Shown: one piece after another, positions 59,253 to 64,000 of the stretch | Layout of the letters: each line of letters starts with the position of its first letter | Numbering within the stretch: position 1 is the stretch's first letter | Source: Synechococcales cyanobacterium VAR_4_metabat_354 | Lineage (GTDB): Bacteria; Cyanobacteriota; Cyanobacteriia; Cyanobacteriales; Chamaesiphonaceae | Length of the DNA stretch: 64,000 nt | Direction: 5' to 3' | Assembly: GCA_031414775.1 (NCBI GenBank) | Contig: JANOQI010000062.1 | Span: 128,001-192,000, forward strand | The notes under the pieces: model-generated | Told to the model about the DNA's origin: nothing | The model's database searches: none | Seen by the model: the letters and a program-made list of their open reading frames with translations, nothing else | Program-made: the position numbers and the translations under genes

Positions 59253-60134
59253 TTAAAAATGCAACGAACCACCAATCATTCCTGCCAAAATCACCAACCC
59301 CAGCCAAACATTTTCCTTAAACATTTGACCATAGCTAGCTGCCGGTAACTCCGAGTGACGCAAGCGCCGAAATTGCGTAAACCATACCCCCGATCCGATC
59401 GATAGCGCCATCCAAAAAATAATATTTAAGTGCATGGCCTGACCAGTGAAAGCCATGAAAACAAAAGTCAGTAAATAAAAGATGCCCACCGCTAACGGCA
59501 CCTGATCGCCAAAAAACAAAGCACTAGAATTCACCCCAATCCGCCGATCATCCGATCGATCTGGCATCGCATACACCGTGTCAAAGCCCAGCGTCCAAAA
59601 CACCGTCGCCGCCCACAGATACCACGTCGCAGGCTGCAAACTCGCCGTCACCATCGACCAGCTAATTAATACCGCAAAACCCCAGGCGATCGATAGCACC
59701 AATTGAGGTACTGGAAAAACTCGTTTAGCAGCCGGATATAACAAAATTACTGGCACCGCCGCCACGCACAGCCAAAAAGTCAGCGGGTTTAGATACAAGG
59801 CCAGCACGCATGCACAAGCCAGAGAAACCAGCAAAATTCCGACACCTACTTTAACAGAGAGCGATCGAGCGGCCAGTGGACGGTTTTTAGTGCGTTCTAC
59901 TTGAGGATCGATGTCTTTGTCCCACAGATCATTTACGACGCAACCAGCGGCGCTAGTTGCCAAAGTACCCAACACAATTACGCCAAGCAATGGCCAACGA
60001 ATAGTGCCTAGCTGCACGGTCGCTAAACAAAATCCCCACAATGCTGGAATCAATAATATCAAACGCCCGGTGGGTTTGTCCCAGCGCAGGAGCCGGATGA
60101 TGGTGAGCCAGGTGGGGGGAGGGGCAGGAGTCAT
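59253..60134 (-). CDS. ubiA: 4-hydroxybenzoate solanesyltransferase (UbiA family)
   Basis: LLRWDKPTG, NDLWDKDID..VERT..RPLA, YPAAKR, GFDTVYA..D..DD. Confidence 0.93.
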   Translation of the reverse strand: MTPAPPPTWLTIIRLLRWDKPTGRLILLIPALWGFCLATVQLGTIRWPLLGVIVLGTLATSAAGCVVNDLWDKDIDPQVERTKNRPLAARSLSVKVGVGILLVSLACACVLALYLNPLTFWLCVAAVPVILLYPAAKRVFPVPQLVLSIAWGFAVLISWSMVTASLQPATWYLWAATVFWTLGFDTVYAMPDRSDDRRIGVNSSALFFGDQVPLAVGIFYLLTFVFMAFTGQAMHLNIIFWMALSIGSGVWFTQFRRLRHSELPAASYGQMFKENVWLGLVILAGMIGGSLHF

Positions 60135-60259
60135 AGCAGGAAATGAGGCGGACTTTACAAATCTTAGCTTAACTGCGATCCACCTGGCTGGTGATTAGGC
60201 GTTGCTTCTGGCCAATTAACTAAGCTAAGATTTTAACAACTGCCTATATCCTGAGTTTC

Positions 60260-61615
60260 ATGTCTCTCCCCACCCAACGAGCTACAGACTTAGCCACCGC
60301 TTACAAAATATCTGATGTGCAGCCATTATCAGGAGAGGATCTCGATCGATACTATGTGGATTTGGGGGCAGCACGGAAAAACGATGCGATCCTTAATATC
60401 AACTCCACTTTAGAATTGCAAGAAGCCGAGCAGCATAGCGCAATATTATTTACTGGGCATCGCGGTTGTGGCAAAAGCACCGAACTGCGATTATTGCAAC
60501 GCAGGTGGCAACAGTACTTTCATGTCATTTATTTAGAATCTGACAAAATAACGGACATTAATGATGTTCAGTACACTGATCTCTACCTTCTAATTGCCCA
60601 GTATCTGGAATATGAGATGCGTCAGCTCAACATCGAGCTTGATAGCAGAATCGTGCAAGACATAGAGCAATGGTTTTCTGATGTCATTAAAGAATTAGAA
60701 ATGTCCAAAAACATTGAGGTTGCCGTTGCTGGTGAAATTACCATTAGTAACAGTGGTCTTTTGCCCATACCACTACTTGCCAAGTTTTTAGCTAAATTGA
60801 CCTCACAGATCAAGGGAGCATCCAGAGATAAAACAACAATTCGCCGCGCTATTGAAAAAGATATATCGATCTTGATGACTAGCCTGAATTTATTGTTACA
60901 CGATGCCGAAAAAAAATTGATTAATAAATATCCACACTACAAAGGAATTTTAATCGTATTCGATAACCTCGACAGGTGTCCGCCTCATGTTGCCGACAAA
61001 CTGTTTTTTGATTACGCTGCCCAGCTGCAAGCGATCGATTGCACGATCGTTTATACGGTGCCTATTGCTTCACTTTATTCATCACGAGGCATCGCCAAAA
61101 CCTTTGATAAACCTTATATAGTTTCGATGGTGAATATTTATCAATATTCAGATAAGTCAAATTTACTCAATCACCTCGATACTGGATTGAATTCTTTAGT
61201 GGAGCTGCTCGATAAACGGATCGACACTAAGCAAGTCTTTGCAAATAGCGAAATCTTGTTAGATATTGTTCGGGCTAGTGGCGGACATGTACGGGATCTG
61301 ATGAAAATGGTTAGGCAAGCTTGTCTGATGGCGAAGGGGCGAAAACATCACAAAGTACAGACAGATGATGCTCTCTATGCCATAAATCAGGCGCAATTCA
61401 GCTTCGAACGCGAGATTCCGGACACTCATTATCCGATTATTGCCGAAACTTTTTTAAAGAAACGAGCCCCCAGTAACGAGCTGGGTCAAGATTGTTTATT
61501 CTATACCTATGTGTTGGAATATAACGGCGACAAAAGATGGAATTATCCTCATCCTACGGTGATAAAAATCGATGCTTTCCAAACAGCCCTCACCCAGCTC
61601 CAACAGCAGCCTTGA
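60260..61615 (+). CDS. P-loop ATPase (STAND/AAA+-like)
   Basis: Walker A GHRGCGKST, Walker B IVFDNLDR, IVYTVP, SGGHVRDL, C-terminal HP. Confidence 0.88.
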   Translation: MSLPTQRATDLATAYKISDVQPLSGEDLDRYYVDLGAARKNDAILNINSTLELQEAEQHSAILFTGHRGCGKSTELRLLQRRWQQYFHVIYLESDKITDINDVQYTDLYLLIAQYLEYEMRQLNIELDSRIVQDIEQWFSDVIKELEMSKNIEVAVAGEITISNSGLLPIPLLAKFLAKLTSQIKGASRDKTTIRRAIEKDISILMTSLNLLLHDAEKKLINKYPHYKGILIVFDNLDRCPPHVADKLFFDYAAQLQAIDCTIVYTVPIASLYSSRGIAKTFDKPYIVSMVNIYQYSDKSNLLNHLDTGLNSLVELLDKRIDTKQVFANSEILLDIVRASGGHVRDLMKMVRQACLMAKGRKHHKVQTDDALYAINQAQFSFEREIPDTHYPIIAETFLKKRAPSNELGQDCLFYTYVLEYNGDKRWNYPHPTVIKIDAFQTALTQLQQQP

Positions 61616-62996
61616 TACTGAGTTTCTACAGCACAATGCTGAAGAATTAGACAGTATTGAGTTATTTGCTGAACTGTCTGAAGGATTTACGATCGCTTTT
61701 ATGGAAGTTAATTCCGACACTGATCGAGCGGTAGTGATTGAATATCTTAAAAATAGTGACAGGTTCCCTAAGGTGCAATGGGTTCTTATTTCTTTGGTTG
61801 ATGAGGATTTGCGGTATTTTGGTTTGGAGGTGCGAGAGCGGTTAGAGGCTGCCCCGTTAATACCTGATCGCCAGCCAGTATTGTTGATTTCTGGATTGGA
61901 GCGATCGATCGGTGTTGCTGGCGAATATCCAGAGGTTTTGAGCAATCTCAATATGGAACGGGATAGCTATCCGCGTATTTTGCCGTATCCGATCGTTTTG
62001 CTTTTGCCGAGCTATGCGATTACCCGTTGTGCCCGCTTTGCTCCAGATTTTTGGTCGTGGAAGTCAATCGAGATACGACTACAAAGTGAATTACCCAACC
62101 CAGATATCAGCTTTAGCACTAATCCAATTGTCACTGATGCCGTCGCTATCAAACCAGTATCTCAGTCTCGCTTTGATTTACTGACTGAGTTGTTAGCCGA
62201 AAACTCTGCACCGACGATCGATCGAGCCAGGTTGCTGGGTCAACTTGGCGATGCCTATTGCTCTATCTATAAAAACGATGAGGCTGAATCATCCTATCGA
62301 TCAGCTCTGGATATTTACGACAATTTTCCGCCCAGCCTCGACCAAGCCAATACCTGTGATGGTTTAGCAGGGTTGTACAATCGGCAAGGAAAATATGCAG
62401 CAGCTCTTCAGCTATTGCAACAAGCCTTAGAAATTCAACAAGAGATTGGCGATCGGCGAGGGGAAGCGGCTTCTCTCCATCAATTGTCCATGATTTACGC
62501 ATTCTCAGGCGATTACCCCCAAGCTCTTACCCTCTCTCAGCAATCGATCGAGATACAAAAAGAAATCGGCAATCGGCAAGGAGAAGCGGCTTCTCTCCAT
62601 CAATTGTCGATTATTTACCAAAACTTAGGCGATTACCCCCAAGCTCTTACCCTCTCTCAGCAATCGATCGAGATAAAAAAAGAGATAGGCGATCGGCAAG
62701 GAGAAGCGGCTTCTCTCCATCAATTGTCGATTATTTACTACAACTTAGGTGATTATCCCCAACCTCTCTCCCTCTCTCAGCAATCGATCGAGATATTACA
62801 AGAAATCGGCGATCGGCGAGGAGAAGCGGCTTCTCTCCATCAGTTGTCGAGAATTTACGCAGCCTTAGGCGATTACCCCCAAGCTCTGAAACTCTCCCAG
62901 CAATCGATCGAGATATTACAAGAAATCGGCGATCAGCCAGCTGTGGTAATTGCTCTTGATCAATCGTTTAAAATCAAACAGGCCATGGAGTTATAA
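61572..62996 (+). CDS. TPR-repeat protein with a degenerate NTPase-like N-terminal domain
   Basis: N-domain LLISGLE..LNMERD..PIVLLLP..APDFWSW, then about six TPRs; overlaps the ATPase gene by 44 nt. Confidence 0.85.
   Translation: MLSKQPSPSSNSSLDTEFLQHNAEELDSIELFAELSEGFTIAFMEVNSDTDRAVVIEYLKNSDRFPKVQWVLISLVDEDLRYFGLEVRERLEAAPLIPDRQPVLLISGLERSIGVAGEYPEVLSNLNMERDSYPRILPYPIVLLLPSYAITRCARFAPDFWSWKSIEIRLQSELPNPDISFSTNPIVTDAVAIKPVSQSRFDLLTELLAENSAPTIDRARLLGQLGDAYCSIYKNDEAESSYRSALDIYDNFPPSLDQANTCDGLAGLYNRQGKYAAALQLLQQALEIQQEIGDRRGEAASLHQLSMIYAFSGDYPQALTLSQQSIEIQKEIGNRQGEAASLHQLSIIYQNLGDYPQALTLSQQSIEIKKEIGDRQGEAASLHQLSIIYYNLGDYPQPLSLSQQSIEILQEIGDRRGEAASLHQLSRIYAALGDYPQALKLSQQSIEILQEIGDQPAVVIALDQSFKIKQAMEL
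62448..62927 (+). repeat. four tandem 120-bp near-identical coding repeats (40-aa TPR units)
   Basis: GAAGCGGCTTCTCTCCATCA recurs at 62463, 62583, 62703 and 62823. Confidence 0.95.
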
Positions 62997-63091
62997 AATA
63001 ACCGAACATTCTAATCATCCACTCCTGGCCAGATCGTGACACAATTGGGCTTCAGCCCAAATTTTGCCCTTACCTTAGCCAGGATTCAACC

Positions 63092-63319
63092 ATGTGGAAA
63101 GTCACAATTCAATGCTCCGATGATAGCTGGCGCATCCAGGCCAATGCTTTCAAAGCGATCGCCGAAAAATATCCTGGTACCCTCCTCTCCTCCAAAAAAA
63201 TGCCCGGAGACGATCGAAGGATTATGTCTTACCAGCTCGAAGACGTTAGTGATGCCGAAGAATTTACCGCCGAATGTATGACTCTAGATGGCTTGAGTGC
63301 CATGTTTGAATCTCTTTAG
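63092..63319 (+). CDS. small hypothetical protein
   Basis: 75-aa ATG ORF filling the gap between co-oriented genes; alternating strand/helix pattern. Confidence 0.65.
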   Translation: MWKVTIQCSDDSWRIQANAFKAIAEKYPGTLLSSKKMPGDDRRIMSYQLEDVSDAEEFTAECMTLDGLSAMFESL

Positions 63320-63347
63320 ATATCTTTGCTAGCCAATATTCTCAGCC

Positions 63348-64000
63348 ATGACCCGCAAAAAAATATTAATTACGGGAGCCACCGGCTTTTTAGGCTGGTA
63401 CCTTTGTGCCGCTGCTCACCAAGAATGGGAAGTCTACGGCACCACTCATTCTACGTCGGCCAAAATTCCGCACACTAAATTATTGCCCGTTGATCTCACC
63501 AATACAGCAGCGCTAGCCGAGTTGTTTCAGACTGTGCAACCAGATGCCGTCATTCACGCTGCTGCCCTCTCTCAGCCCAACGCCTGCGAAGTACAGCCTG
63601 AAAATTCGTGGGCAATTAACGTGCAAACTTCTTGGCGCATCGCCGAACACTGTGCTGCTTTAAACATTCCCTGTGTCTTTACTTCCACTGACCAAGTATT
63701 TGATGGCCAGCGGGGCAACTACCGCGAAACCGATCCGGTGGCACCAGTGAATCGCTATGGCGAGCATAAAGTTCTAGCTGAAGAGGGTATGCGATCGCGT
63801 TATCCTCAAGCCATCATTTGTCGGTTGCCTTTAATGTTTGGGGCTACGCCTCATGCGCCCAGCTTTTTGCAAGGATTTGTGGCTAAGTTGCGCCAGGGTG
63901 AACCGCTCCAGCTTTTTACCGACGAATACAGAACCCCGGCTAGTGGGGAATCGATCGCTCAAGGAATTTTGCTGGCTCTAGCTTCGGATATCTCCTGTTG
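63348..64000 (+). CDS. RmlD-like NAD(P)-dependent SDR oxidoreductase (runs off the window end; not in the ORF track)
   Basis: Own translation MTRKKILITGATGFLG...VIHAAA...FTSTDQVFDG...YGEHK...FTDEYRTP. Confidence 0.9.
   Translation, partial: MTRKKILITGATGFLGWYLCAAAHQEWEVYGTTHSTSAKIPHTKLLPVDLTNTAALAELFQTVQPDAVIHAAALSQPNACEVQPENSWAINVQTSWRIAEHCAALNIPCVFTSTDQVFDGQRGNYRETDPVAPVNRYGEHKVLAEEGMRSRYPQAIICRLPLMFGATPHAPSFLQGFVAKLRQGEPLQLFTDEYRTPASGESIAQGILLALASDISC

Noticed and set aside
62448..62927. Regularly spaced repeats as a CRISPR array
   Set aside because: Contiguous in-frame 120-bp coding units without unique spacers; no cas genes in the window

Overview
A 64-kb, mostly housekeeping segment of a cyanobacterial chromosome. 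The assignment rests on CP12, Pex, cyAbrB, a Rubisco activase-like protein, menA/menF, a plastoquinone prenyltransferase and very frequent CGATCG/GCGATCGC palindromes. Core content includes fabD, smc, gor-prx/perR, arfB, truB, a GH57 enzyme, dnaG, purU, recO-deoC, mobA, dgt, a riboswitch-led cobG-H-I-J operon, tRNA-Gly(TCC) and tRNA-fMet. There are several small accessory patches. (1) An AT-richer insert holds a Uma2 nuclease and a translationally coupled ABC-ATPase + PIN-domain pair (17189-19109), the best candidate for an uncharacterised PARIS/Septu-like defence or toxin system. (2) A P-loop ATPase is coupled to a protein with a degenerate NTPase-like domain and 120-bp, site-variable TPR repeats (60260-62996). 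(3) A BrnT/BrnA module lies next to a decayed addiction-module antidote. (4) There is a transposase-less IS200/IS605-like end and several gene remnants. Other oddities are two tandem divergent CP12 paralogues and an activase-like protein with no RbcS-like domain. No CRISPR array, rRNA, integrase or prophage was seen. All calls come from motif recognition by eye; no database searches were run.
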